This document shows positions 38,974 to 51,710 of a stretch of 64,000 nt of DNA, piece after piece. Source of the DNA: Bigelowiella natans CCMP2755 (Eukaryota > Protista > Cercozoa). Made by a program: the position numbers and the translations under genes. The first letter of the stretch is position 1, and every line of letters starts with the position of its first letter. The stretch lies in NCBI GenBank assembly GCA_000320545.1, contig ADNK01000826.1, forward strand, positions 22,441 through 86,440, read 5' to 3'. A model generated the notes under the pieces. The model saw only the letters and a program-made list of their open reading frames with translations, made no database searches and was not told the origin of the DNA.

Positions 38974-40433
38974 TTAATTTCCTCTGTCTTTCTTACTCAA
39001 TTCTTCCAGAAATTTCCGGGTCCAACCAATGCTGAAAAGGAAAATATTTATTTGGATGGCATAAATCATTAGCAAATAAAAAGAATACCTTGCGCCAGGA
39101 GGTCGTGATGTTTCAATTGTATCTAAGATAGTTTCAAATTCGTCGAAAGTCCGCTCACCGGGAAATTGGGCCCCTGTTAAAGATAGCAGCTCTCTTGTAA
39201 GTACTTTTAAATATATCATATTATGTATAAATATAGTATATCTGAAAAATTGCTTTCATACCATCTATTTCCCATGTTGGATAGCCAGCGAGTGCAGTGC
39301 ATGCCAAAGACTTTGTTGCAGTATCTTTTCCATCTTCAGCACACTGAAATTTTTAGCAAATGAAAGAATTATTAACTCGAAATGTTTCTGAAGATATAAG
39401 AGAGAAAGAAGTCTCCTCGAACAACCTCAATGTATTTTATCTTCTTCATCGCTTCCTTCCCAAACATGTTTTTTTGAGAATTGCAGTGTGGGCACCAGTA
39501 AGCTCCATACATTATAGCCCCAAGCTTGCCCAATCGCGATGCAATCTAATATTTATGACACAAATTTACATTCCAGAGTTTTCATCCTACGCCCCGCCCC
39601 TTTCCTCTGCCATCACCACCATAACGGCAACGGTCATTCCAAAAACTATCATCACTATAAAGTCTTCCACTACTTGAATTGCGCGTGTTGTTGATTCTGA
39701 CGTGACTTCTGGTGCTTCCCAGCCTTCTTCTGGGGTTCGGACATTATCCTATGAATTAGAATCGTTATTCATCCAAATGTATACGCTGCTATTCAGAAGG
39801 ATCTGGTTGCAATAAAGACTACCACGAATGCATACGATGGATCCCATCGCTGCGCACGAGCGCTCCTCCCTCTCGCGTCTGACAGAGACGCAAGAAGCAC
39901 TGATGAACCAGCAAGCATATACCGTCTTCTTGCGAGCGCGAATTTCGAATTCTCTTGGCCGAAAACGTCATTGGCTTTTGAAGAGCTCAAATCAGAATCT
40001 CTTAAGCTGGGTGGCTCATTCTTTAAGATTTGAATGCGAGCATCGTTAAAACGACGGCGACCACCGCGGGCATTGGAGAAGGAATGTCGTCTCAATAAGG
40101 AATCCATTTGGCGAGTCTGAGCTTGCTTATTTGCGCTGTAAAACCAGCAAGTTAAGTTGAAAGTCAGTTGAAATTGAAATCCAAGACACATATTTCTGGT
40201 GATGTAAATATGTTACGGGAGATCGTTTTGTACAGTTCTGTTGGTTTACTCGTTCTTATTCAGAGTAGTACGCACTTGCTTCTTATAACCCCTTGGATGA
40301 GGTGTCCATGGTCAAGATTAATTAGGGACATCACGATTATCGATGCCACAAAAATGACAGAAGTAAGTGGGCGAGTGTGCAGCGTCAGTATCCCATTAGT
40401 TGAGCTCCTCCTAAGGTAGATACGATCCATCAT
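38974..40433 (-). CDS. Thylakoid-lumen thioredoxin-like protein (LTO1/DsbAB-type Trx domain without VKOR)
   Basis: Spliced EVTSESTTRAIQ|IASRLGKLGAIMYGAYWCPHCNSQKNMFGKEAMKKIKYIE|CAEDG...C..LAGYPTWEIDG..FPGER; leader with signal peptide (VIFVASIIVMSLI), transit-like segment and RRRYMLAGSSVLL...ARA. Confidence 0.8.
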
Positions 40434-41140
40434 CAGGCTGAGGAATGAGAATCGGTTATATCTTCAAAGTGTGGACGTTTTACTAATTCATGGATTGGCA
40501 CCTTGCCTCCTCTTCCCAATGAGGATGAGGCGTGAGCATCATGTCCTTCCTCCTCTCGATGATTGTCCTGCACACACGTGCTTTCGATGCGACCTAGTCT
40601 CTCTTATCGAATTCACCTCCTTTTGCACACCAGCGACATCCTAGCCGTCCCACAAGCAGTATTTGTCAGGAGAACGAGTTTCCACAAACCGTTGTCACAG
40701 TAATTGTACGTGCAAATGAGGATGACGACATAGAGTTATCGATGTCGTCCTGGATGGGGTGATAGACTAGATCTTTAACTGTTGAACAGTGAAATTTTCT
40801 TCCGAGGCGGTACCGCGCGAAACGCTCTGTAGATCTAGATCTATGGAGATACACGACAAATTGCACATCTAATAATCTTCGGACACATTCGGACACGTCG
40901 GACACTTTCATATGGATTTGGTAGATGCGACAATGATATTTGGGTAAATTTGAGTGCATACGATCGGCGTATCGGAGATATAGCTCTAAGAACAGTGTTC
41001 CCCCCATCATCACTTATCAATCAATCAGCAGCCAGGATTAAAGAAGTGGGTGATGGGTGAAAACAGCAGATATAATCAAGGATCCTCGGGATATTTATTT
41101 GGGGGAAGCTATTAACGGAAGCAGAGAGGATCATCATATC

Positions 41141-44100
41141 ATGGTCTCGAAAGGATGCAAGCGAGGGATCTTCGCGTCCGTCGGTCTGTCTTCCTCAACC
41201 TGTTTTATCGAGTTGCTCTCATGTATTCGCTATCTGCGCAGCATTTGTTCTTCTCTGGGGGATAATTTTGGGCGCTAATGCTCGGTGGTACATTGAATGG
41301 AAAATTAGAAGTTATATTCTAAACCAGGTAAAGGGTAAAAGTTTTGCAATACAAACAAATGTGGTGGTGACAGACATACCATTCGTGATCGATCAGTACG
41401 TAATTATCAACGAAAAAAATGATGTACCTGCGGGAGTCTGGAAATCCTTCGAAGTGGTAATGGAGCTTCTGAGAACACAGATTCTTTTGTTTAGAACCTG
41501 AAACAAGTCCGTCCTTGTCGTCTTTCTTCGATATATTTATTAGGCTGGGAATAACTACAATCAAATGTCTGTGTTGAATTGTACAAATATCTACGACGTC
41601 CAGGTCAGAAATTTAGAGACAAAGGATGACAAAAATGTAATGAAATGATCACACTCCTTCAAGCTGAGAATGTGAACGAACATATACAGATGATGGGTGC
41701 AAAGCCTAAATTGGAGCCTGTTACTGTGACGTATTCGCGCTATGAACTCAAACTCAACATCAAATTCCGAGACAAGAAATTTGTAATTTTTATACCCTGT
41801 CCTCCCCCCCCCCAGGCAATCAGCATCAGAATTTTACTAAGGGAACTTGTTTTTTAGTTCGTGGATTACCAAACGGCCCAGGGATGGTTACCCTATACGA
41901 TCGTAAGTCTTCAAGTAGATTTGTTGTCAATGATTGTTTCAAATATTATTCTATTCATAGAATCTAGAAGACGTTCCCGCTAATCAGCTCAAATCGCAAT
42001 TGCCAGTCTATACCATAAATCCTCTTTATGTGGGTCAGTGAAATTCATTCGCTTCATGCTTCTTAGCTTCTTTAATTGGTACGCACATAATCATCACAGC
42101 GGCCGTGGCAAGACTGGGAGGATCAGAGCAGGCAATGTACTCAGTTCTATCATTCAGGGTTATCAAAAAGGTGCTTGCTGGCGTATCATTGCAATATTTT
42201 AAATAATCCTAAAATAACAATGTTGTTACATTGTTGTTGGAACTTTGCCTTAATTCTAACGAATACGACTTGCAGTTTAATGAGGAGTTCCTGCTGGCAA
42301 ACAGCACCATGATGACCAACTATAGAATCCTTTCACTTCCCGCTTACTTCAACTACACTATGGTAATTATATATGGACATCATTGTATAAGTATATCGCA
42401 ATCTTTCCGACTGATTACCGAGGAATCGATCTTGACCGCTGACGCAATGTAATATTGCCCTTCGTAGGGACAAATCGCCAACTCGTCCTCGTTCTCTGTG
42501 AGCCAAATCCAAGATAATTGGGGCTCGGGAAATATCGGTCTTTTTGAGAACGTTCTTTCGAATTCTCAGTACCGCGGTAACCTTTTATTTGGCACATTTA
42601 TTTTGCTATTCTTCAGCATGACTCAATAGTACCCAAAATTGAAAAAACAGGCTTTGAACTGTATCCGCGCCTGAATACATCGTCGTCCTCGAGGTAAGTT
42701 ATGTTTCTTGGCTTGTGGAACAGCGGAAGATTCAATATGTTGTTCGGATAACAACAGGACGTCGAGCGGATACTTGATGAACGCGTCTGCAGCATACTCG
42801 CTGACAAATACGAATGTACTTGTCTGCAACACTTTGAATGAATCATTAGCTCTATTCCGTCATCACTCATTAATTGACATCTCAATGTGCCCTCTAGTCT
42901 GATGACGGTGATGATGATAATCAAAACGATATATAACTATATTGATTCGCTCAGGCCCTCAAAATCTGGATGAAGTTTACAAGAAACACAACTTGCTATC
43001 CTTCCTGTCTCACGGATGTGAATGGCCTTGTTGCTCATGTACGATGGCCATTTTCGCCATAACCATAACCCTCCCCTTTACGAAAGGCTATTTATTTGTT
43101 TCCTGCATGCAGCAGTAGCAGTATCCTGAGTCTTGGTGCAACAATTGTTACAGTTCGGAGAGGCCACAGCACAAGGAATTGCTTCTTATATCGTCAACGT
43201 CACGGATGCTGAGAACACGTAATTTTGTTCTCCTCTGGATATATTAAAAGCCCGCAATGTTTTGCCGAAGAATTTCATCATACCTCTGTAGTATTTTCAA
43301 AGCCATCCTCTTAATGACCTCTCTCCCTCTCTCTCCTCCTCCTCCTCCTCCTCCTCTCATTCTCATCGAAAAAGGCAATTCTTCCACGCTTTGAAGGACA
43401 AATATTCCTGGGGATGTGATAGTTGGAGATGCCTTGGAGCAGCTCAATTCGGGGCAGGGACTGCCGTCCTTTCCGACCCGCTCGCAAATAATGCGCGCTC
43501 CTTGTACAATCTTGGCGTTCTTGACGACTATCTCCTGTTCCCGTCAGAGTAATCTTGAAACACAAAGCGAGCAGTAGTACTATACTTTTGTAATAATGTA
43601 GCCTGGCGACTACGACATCGGACTGTAAATTGTGCCCACCCTCCATGCCTTCTTGCTGTACAGAGATTATATTCCTCAATATATATAACTTGAGAAGTAG
43701 TAAGTAGCAACGATGCGAAACTGAGTGTTGCGTACAATTGTTGTTCTTGTTGATCTATCATTTAATAGGCTCGCAATACTAAGTCCATCTCTAGGAAGCA
43801 CAGTCAACTTGACAGTCGCTCAGACATATCGTTTCCTCCATGTCCTCTCAAATCCCTTCAATGCACAGAATCTTCTTCTTGCTGCTAACGTATACTCCAC
43901 AACCCTCAATGCGGTGAGAAAGATATTAGTAAGACGGGCGATGATAACTTATAATGCCCCCCCCCCCCAAAATTCTTGGATTTGTTTGTTGTAATGATGA
44001 GCCTCTTACTTTTCTTACAGACGAAGCTGAGTCATCTCCTCAGCCATACGCCTTTCAATGACACCGGCATTTCATGTAATTCACACTTCCCATTCCTCAA

Positions 44101-45744
44101 ACCTTTCGCCTCAACACCATCATCAAGTCGATGATAATTGCGCTTATGTAGCTGTCCCTGGTTGACATCGCTCGCCGACTCTCCGATTTTTCTCTTTTTG
44201 CGTATGATTCACCACGCCGTTGTTGTCTGTCTGCCTCTCCCACAGTTTCGAACGTCAACACCGTGCTTCAATACATGGGATATCTTGGAATTAAGTACGT
44301 GGCCGAGCGGGACGTCCTTGGGCGTGTCGGCGGGCTACCGAGCGAAGGTGTTGGCAGCACTGGATCCGGTCTCTTCGTCAAGAGGAAACTTGATGAAATC
44401 GTCCGTGGATGGTCAAAGAGCGCGCTGACAGCTCAGATTTATGACATCAGCCCTTACGCGCTGGGACTAGTGCCCATACCCACAATTACGGAGACAGGGT
44501 ACTGGGGCCTTGTTGGCATGTCAACGATCGAGTCTGTCCTCGCCCAGCTGCCGAGCCCTTTCCCCTTCCGATCTTCACTGTGGTCAGGCAGAGGCGAGAC
44601 AAAGCGTGCGAGATCATATAAGTTGTGGAGAAGTCGAGAAGAGCTTACCAAAGTAAGTGATATCATCGATAATAACGGCTTCCCGAAACCATGCCCGATG
44701 TACGCCAAGGGAGGGATCTATGGAGGTGAGTGCAGGCTCTGGAACGAGACAGAACGTGTCGCACGAACCTACAATGGGATCCAATTTGAGCCTTTCAAGG
44801 AGGGGAAATCTAACATCCAACAATCACTGAACTACTTTGACGAGATTGCAATGAGACAACTCAAGTGGAACTTCAATAGTGAAAAAGCCTTTCACATGAT
44901 CAAAGTAAGGCAATATTATATGGATCTGGAGCAAATGCGTAACACAACAATTGTCCCCGAGAACAAGCGCTACTTTCAAACTGGCCTTGACTACATGTTT
45001 AACATGGAGACTCTCTACGACATGCCGATGTACTTCTCGCTGCCGTACCTTGGCCGTGTTGAAGAACGCGTGCGCTCTAACTTTGAAATGCCCGAATACA
45101 ACCCTCAAGAACACGACCCCTGGTTCTCACTGGAACCATTGACGGGGAGGAGGATCAACTCAAGCAAGACTTGGCAGTACAACCTGAAACTGACAAGCTC
45201 GATGTTCAACTCCGGGTTCTGGAACGGCGTATTCACACGCAGTTCCGAAGTGTACTGGCCGGTTGCTTGGACCTCAGAAAAGATCCACTACCCCGAGGCG
45301 GACATCAAGAAGACCTTCAATACGGTAATTAACGCGCGCAGGAATGCGTGGATCTTCCAGGTCGCTACCCTCACAGCATGCTCTGTGGTGGGCGTTGTCT
45401 GGCTTGCCTACTGGATACGCTGGGAGAGGATGATACGCCGTGACGACGAGGAAGAAGAGAGAAGTTTTACTCCCAGCCCAAACTTCCATAATCGCGAACT
45501 CGCATCCAGTGTACAGGCCAGCAACATTGGAGCAAGTAAGCACGGAGCGGGTAGTTCCTATCGTGTTACTAGTAGACTTGCGTCATCGTCCAGCCGACAG
45601 GCAACACGTCCTGGGATCCAAATTCAAACGAGCGTGACTGGAACTGAAAGCCGGAGTACCAATCCTGTGAGCCCTCAGATCGATTATAGATCACCTTCGA
45701 AGGGTCAAACTCGTACTTCAGAAAGAATTATCGTTAGTCTTTAA
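41141..45744 (+). CDS. CD36/LIMP-II (scavenger receptor class B) family membrane protein, multi-exon
   Basis: N-terminal TM (AFVLLWGIILG), large glycosylated-looking loop, MPMYFSLPYL...PQEHDPWFSLEPLTG....SKTWQYN, VYWPVAW, C-terminal TM. Confidence 0.75.
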
Positions 45745-45769
45745 AATATCTTCCATATGTATCTAGTAG

Positions 45770-45774
<5 letters not shown>

Positions 45775-45816
<42 letters not shown>
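45775..45816. repeat. (TA)n microsatellite in the 3' UTR region of the CD36-like gene
   Basis: Direct observation. Confidence 0.9.
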
Positions 45817-45822
<6 letters not shown>

Positions 45823-46842
45823 TATATATTTTATTAGTTATATATGACGGATGTAATGAATGAATAAATTGCATTTTATCAATATTTATCCTAAGTAGCT
45901 GTGGCTATGTATATACTCGTATATATACGAGTGCTCTTCTACATACACATGCGGAAGTTGAATTAGTTTTCATGCAATAGCTATATGCTAGATATGTATT
46001 ACTGAGACTAATGCTGTCAGCAATGTATCTGATTCCCTGCGTAAAATGAACTTGCAATGCGTGCCTTTCATTTCGATCGCATCGATGGTAATATGGTAAT
46101 GTCCATTATTCTTGCATTGCCCAGCGCATACATCTAGAAATACGTAATGCCACAATAGCAGAAGCACGCGCATGCGTCGTTGCATTAGTTTGCGTCAAGC
46201 ATGTGTGGGCGAGCATGCTAGGTTTGTATTAAATTTGCAAGAACTAGCTAGTCACAAATCGCCATTACGATGCTCTATGCACATATGTGATGAGACGCCA
46301 GGATTCCAAGATTAGAAGCCCATGCGCAGCGCAGCAAATCGCGCCTAAGCTAGGCAAGTTGAGCAAATGTGGGCCATAGGATGGATTTCTGGGCAGCTCA
46401 TAATCTAGAGCTGGCCTTGGTAGTCAGCCAGACGGGTGTGAGTCGAATGCAATTGATACTTGTGAGCATTCTCCGCAACAGATGCGATGTCGACAGACCC
46501 GGCTCCCATTTAGACCTGCTCGCCCATGCTAGCATGGTATTGCAGTGATTGCACGGTATGTCGTATAAAAAGCCCGCGTTTGCGCTGTATGGCGACTTTT
46601 ATTTCACAAAGCGATATAGCCGCTATGTATCATAGCCGGGCCGAATCATGCAATAATTGCATGCGCTTAAGTCTATCCAGCATGTACTAGCTAGCTAGGC
46701 ATGTGGCTTTCAAAACTACGACAACAACAATTTTGATATACGAAAACTGAATACGACAACACGATTACGTTATTATCAGGATGGCTGCATGTGAAAATGA
46801 CGAGTAGAGGTAACGAACCATGAAGTTGCAAACTAGCTTATG

Positions 46843-47938
46843 CTAGTCAGATTCTTCTTCCTCCTCCTCTTGGTATTCATCATCATCGTCGTCATCTCCC
46901 CCATCATCCTCATACTGAATTATCAAAAAACAATAAATAATCAGTATAGAATTTTTCTCCTCCAATACACTTCTGCATGGCTCGGCTTGTGCCATGTCCC
47001 AATGTTTTAATGTTTTTATGTCGGATGCACACTACCTCTTCATCATCATCTTCGCTAAATTGATGCTCGTCATCGTCACCGGAATCCTCCTCATCGTCCT
47101 CATCCCAACCTGCATTGAAGAGAAGGTGAGATAAACAATCGATAATTGCATCGGCCTTTGGGATCTTTATTGAGATAGCGCTTTGGAATAAAAAAGACCA
47201 TAATTTGTCCAAAGAACAAAACCATCCGTTCATCATTTTTAGATGATGATCCGAGAGGCTAAAAGCAATAGCAGCCGCTGCAGCGCACCAAATCACAGCA
47301 AAGCTCATACGATGACGACGAAAGTAACAAATGACCATCGGCAGCAGGATGCCTCTTGATGCTTCTCTGCTTGTTCTTGTCGTTCTGTTAGCACATTAAA
47401 TTGAAAGGAGGCAATGAGAGAAAAAGAATGGATCGAAAGACCACAAACATTTATAGGATAATTCTACCCATAAACTAGTTCATTATGCGTAGTTAATACG
47501 AATAGGTCAATAGGGGGGGGGGGGGTGGAGGAGGACATGGTAGGTAATTACTACCGTTTGGTGTTGGATGTGCTCGTCAAGATCCACAGAATATCGACCA
47601 TTTATCCTGAATAAAAGAGTTGCTTGCATTAGTGTGTCAGTCAGAAAACATTCATTTCGGATCATCCATCCTCTTCCATCTTTCATCGCGGATGAGTGGT
47701 AGCAACAGCAACGTAAAATCTACTCAAGCAAAAGGGAGAGCCTTCTATTTCACAGCAGCCTTTTGATACAATACAAATTATTGAGAAATGAGTTCTTTTC
47801 CTGACTTGAATTTCGACTTCCCCTCTTGGTACTTCTTCTCGATTTTCTTGCTCTCCTGGCGATATAATGCGCACCGCCAAAAACACGTACACACACACAC
47901 ACACACACATACACACACACACACAGACACAGACAGAC

Positions 47939-47980
<42 letters not shown>

Positions 47981-48554
47981 GGTTGGATGGCATTCACCCT
48001 CATCAGTGGGAACAAAAGAGTTTTTTATAAAATACAAGAATGGAAAGATTAACGATTTTCTTATCCTACTGCTCTGCCACAACAACAACAACTACAACAA
48101 CTACTACTCCTCCTTCTCCTCCTCCTACTACCTTGTCGGGGTACTGCGTCCATGCCGCAGCATCGGCGTCTTCTAGATCTAGATCTGACTTCCAAAACCT
48201 ATTTTTTTTAATGGTTTAACGAATATGACAAGACAAAAGACAGCAACCGGCAATTAGAAAGAGACGAAGAAGAAGAAGAAGTGAAAAAGCTAGAGAACAA
48301 GGAGTACTTGTGCCCCTAGATTATGATCTGCTACTGCTGTTACAACACAAGACTGATAAGATGATCATCACACCATCTAGGCTGCTCCTCCTCCTCCTCC
48401 TCCTCCTCATCATCATCATCTCCTGCCTCAGCTTCTACTTGTTCTTCTTGTTCTTCTTGTTCCACTTCTTCCGTATCGGCATCGCCTTGAATTATTGTCA
48501 TAATAACGCCAAGAAACGTTCACACACAGGTTGGATTAAAGCCTTGATACTTCA

Positions 48555-48591
<37 letters not shown>

Positions 48592-51240
48592 CAATGATGA
48601 CGACGACGATGATATTAAAGAGACAATATGCTGTCCGCACCGACGTCCGTTCTTTACGCCTTCTCCCCCCCTCTACTTTTTCTTCCCTCCTGCCTTCATT
48701 TCTTCCGACTACACCTTTTCGTCGTCTTATTGGGCGTCTCCGGTGAGTCTCTGTGGTGCGGTACTGCCAAGAATCTTGCAGGTCGATGCTGAAAACAACA
48801 TGACGACAAATCATGCTCCAAGCTGAAATCATCTAATTTTTCTTCAAAGCGACGTCGTTGTCGTCGTCGTCGTCGTCGTGTTCATAATAGGAAGATGACC
48901 AATGATCAAATTATTATGTGATTGTTATTATCATCAAAATCAAATCTATGACGATGTGTTCACGAGCGCAAGTAGTAATACCTGTACGTGGGGTCTAGTT
49001 CAAACGACTGATTTGGATCTTCCTTATATTTCGCCTCTGCGTAGCAAAGACAATTACTACTGCTTTAACATTCATGGCCGCTTAGCTAACATTGCGCTAT
49101 TATAATAATAATTAAAAATAATCATCAACAACAACATCATCGCCACTGCGACCAATTATGAGGCTCATGAGTCATCTTTATGGGTCCTCACCGATCTTGG
49201 CGCAAGTCTTTGCATCATAGGGCTGTGGGGTGGGGGAAGGTGAGTGTTTTAGGACTTTTAAACTACTCTGATACCAAGGAGGGGTGGGGGGGGGGGAAGT
49301 AGTAGATACGCTTGTTGCTTCTACAAATTGAACACTGCGACTACTCCTACCGTCCAGGCCCAATCATGATCGTCGTCTGCGTAAAGGTCGCTTTTCCACG
49401 CCCAAATGGCACCAGAGCCAGCAACGGTTTTCTTCTTTTTCACGGTTTTCTTCTTTTTCTTTGATGATGAAGATGAAGATGAAGAGAACCCTCCCGCAGA
49501 CGAGGAGGAGGATGATGCGGCTGACGCTTTGCTCCCCGCAACTTTGGCCTTCTTTTTCTTCGATCTGCCACTATCTTCACTCCCTTTCTTCTTCGTCGTT
49601 TTCTTCTTTCCTGTAATAGGTAGGAGCACCTCCTCATCCTCTGCCTCTTCTTCTTCGTCATCCTGAAGAAGAACAAAAAGAAACGTGAAGGAAGGCTTGG
49701 AATGTATATTTTTTACTGTTTGTGCGAGGTACCTCGCGTTTTCTCTTTTGGTTAGTCTTTTTCGTTTCTCCATTTCCGCCCATCGAAGGCTTTGGTTTCG
49801 AAGGCACGGGGATCTTGTGCTTGCGACAAAACTTTTCAATAGACTTTGCGAGAGCACGGTTCGGCACAAGACTGGCAACAATCGTGTGAAATGATAATTG
49901 GTATGCAGTCATTCATTTGCCTTTATATTCGGTTCGTGTATACCGAACATTGCTGTTACCTTTTGGCCTTGACATGTTCATTTGATAGAGGATCAGTGTC
50001 ATGCATCTTGTTCCATTCCTCGATGGCGTCCCGCTCGAACGTATTGCCTTTGGAAAAGAGTAAAGGTTTTTATGATGCTCAATGCTGCTGCTGCCGCAAC
50101 GCAATCACCGCTGGTAATATACATGTGTGACAACAAAAGCTACCGTTCTCATTGATAACAGGATCCACCATTACTTCCATCGTTAACGGGCACTCGAAGT
50201 CTTCAGGAATTTCCACCTCCCTTTTTGTGTGGTGTGTTATGATTGGTTACGACGGTGACTGTCATATTCATACGTAAAATAGGCTTGTAATTCGCAGTAT
50301 TGCGATATAAACTACTACCCCTTGCTTTCATGACTGCTATTTCCCTTGAGCTGCTTCATACCCTCACGAAACTCTTCCAGGGAGATTTGGCCTGAGACAT
50401 TGTTTTCCCCGTCCACGTTAGTATAAATGTTTCTCGACTAGTTGGAGTACGTATTTGTCAGAGGTCAGAAGGAAAAACCTGAACCATCAGCATCCAACTT
50501 CTTGAACAACTTCTCAGCTTCATCGCTCACGTTATTACCAACTCCTTCAGAGGTTTTCTTCGCTGCTTTTCCTTCTCTTTCAATGTCTTCTTCCATAGCG
50601 TCGTCATCCTCATCAACCTCCATTTCGACCTTTTTATTCTTGGAAGAGGTGGCGACAGCAGTGGTAGAACGGGAACTTCTTGTACTTCTCCTGGAAGGGG
50701 GTGCCTTGTTCTGCGGCTGCTGTTTTTGCTTCTGTTTTTTTTGTGTTGGCTTTGATTTGGATTTCTTTGCCTTTGAATCCTTCTTTGCAACTCCGACTGT
50801 CTTGCTCTGCTTCGGCTTTACATCGCTGTTGACCACTGCTGCGATTGCTTTCTTCGTCGTCTTTGGTGCTGATGAGACCTTCTCAGCCTTACCTGGCTTT
50901 GGCAGATCGTCACCCGGGTCATCATCCTCTTTCAACGCAGCACTAAGTAGATGCAGGGGACCGTCATTGTCAAGGTGGTTAAGATTGGTAATAGAACGTT
51001 GCAAACAACCGCTACCTGGCTTTCACTTTCTTCCGATACTCTACCACCTTGCCTCTCTTGATATTGTAAACCGTCGCTCTGCATGCGTGAAGGCACAAAT
51101 GAGTTGAGTTTTTGCCGAAGTGAGGAGGAGGAGGAGGAGGAGGAGGAGGAGGAGGAGACGCAGCATCACCAACACAATCTGATGCGTTACCCTTCAGATG
51201 GACGCGGGGCTGAGAGGAAGGAAGGGAGCGGACGAGGCAT
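46843..51240 (-). CDS. Multi-exon protein with EF-hand, U-box and two WWE domains (putative E3 ubiquitin ligase)
   Basis: EF-hand LFKKLDADGSG|QISLEEF; U-box IPEDFECPLTMEVMVDPVINENG|NTFERDAIEEW...TDPLSNE...LVPNRALAKSIEKF; WWE1 WAWKSD...WT|PYDAKTCAKI|EAKY...IDLQDSWQYRTTETHRRRPIRR; WWE2 FWKSD...WTQYPDK|ESKKIEKKY...RYSVDLDEHIQ...KQRSIKR; acidic tail. Confidence 0.8.
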
Positions 51241-51710
51241 GTGCCTAGGATAATAATACGGACTGGTGAGTGTTGAAGGGGGAAGGGGGAAGACCGGACG
51301 AGCGGGGGAAGCCCTTCGTCGCCTCCCTGTTCTTCTTGTTGTTGAACTTGTTGTACTTGTTGTTCGTATCTAGAATCGAATATTACGTATTTTCTAGGTA
51401 GTCGTATTACCCTAATTAATTGTAAGAGCATGACAACAACACAAAAAAATTAGTCGTCGTCGAAAATACGCGGAATGTCTGTGATTGTATGTTATTCCAT
51501 GGTTATAATCATGACTAGATCAGACCCTGAGTTTCTTCTGGTCTTGCGAGAGCCGTAGGCCAGCCGAGGCAATTTTCGTCAAGAAATGCGAGGGAATAGA
51601 CTATTTAGTACGTGCGACATGCCGCCAAGATTGTCGCCATTGGCATAAATCGGTGGGTTTTCACTACCTCACCCAGGCGTCACAGGCGTCAAACCATATT
51701 CCAGCTCACG

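Noticed and set aside
40515-40575. U3/box C-D snoRNA-like words (GAGGATGA, GCGTGA, GATGA)
   Set aside because: Spacing is wrong, and I see no box A/A' and no terminal stem with box D
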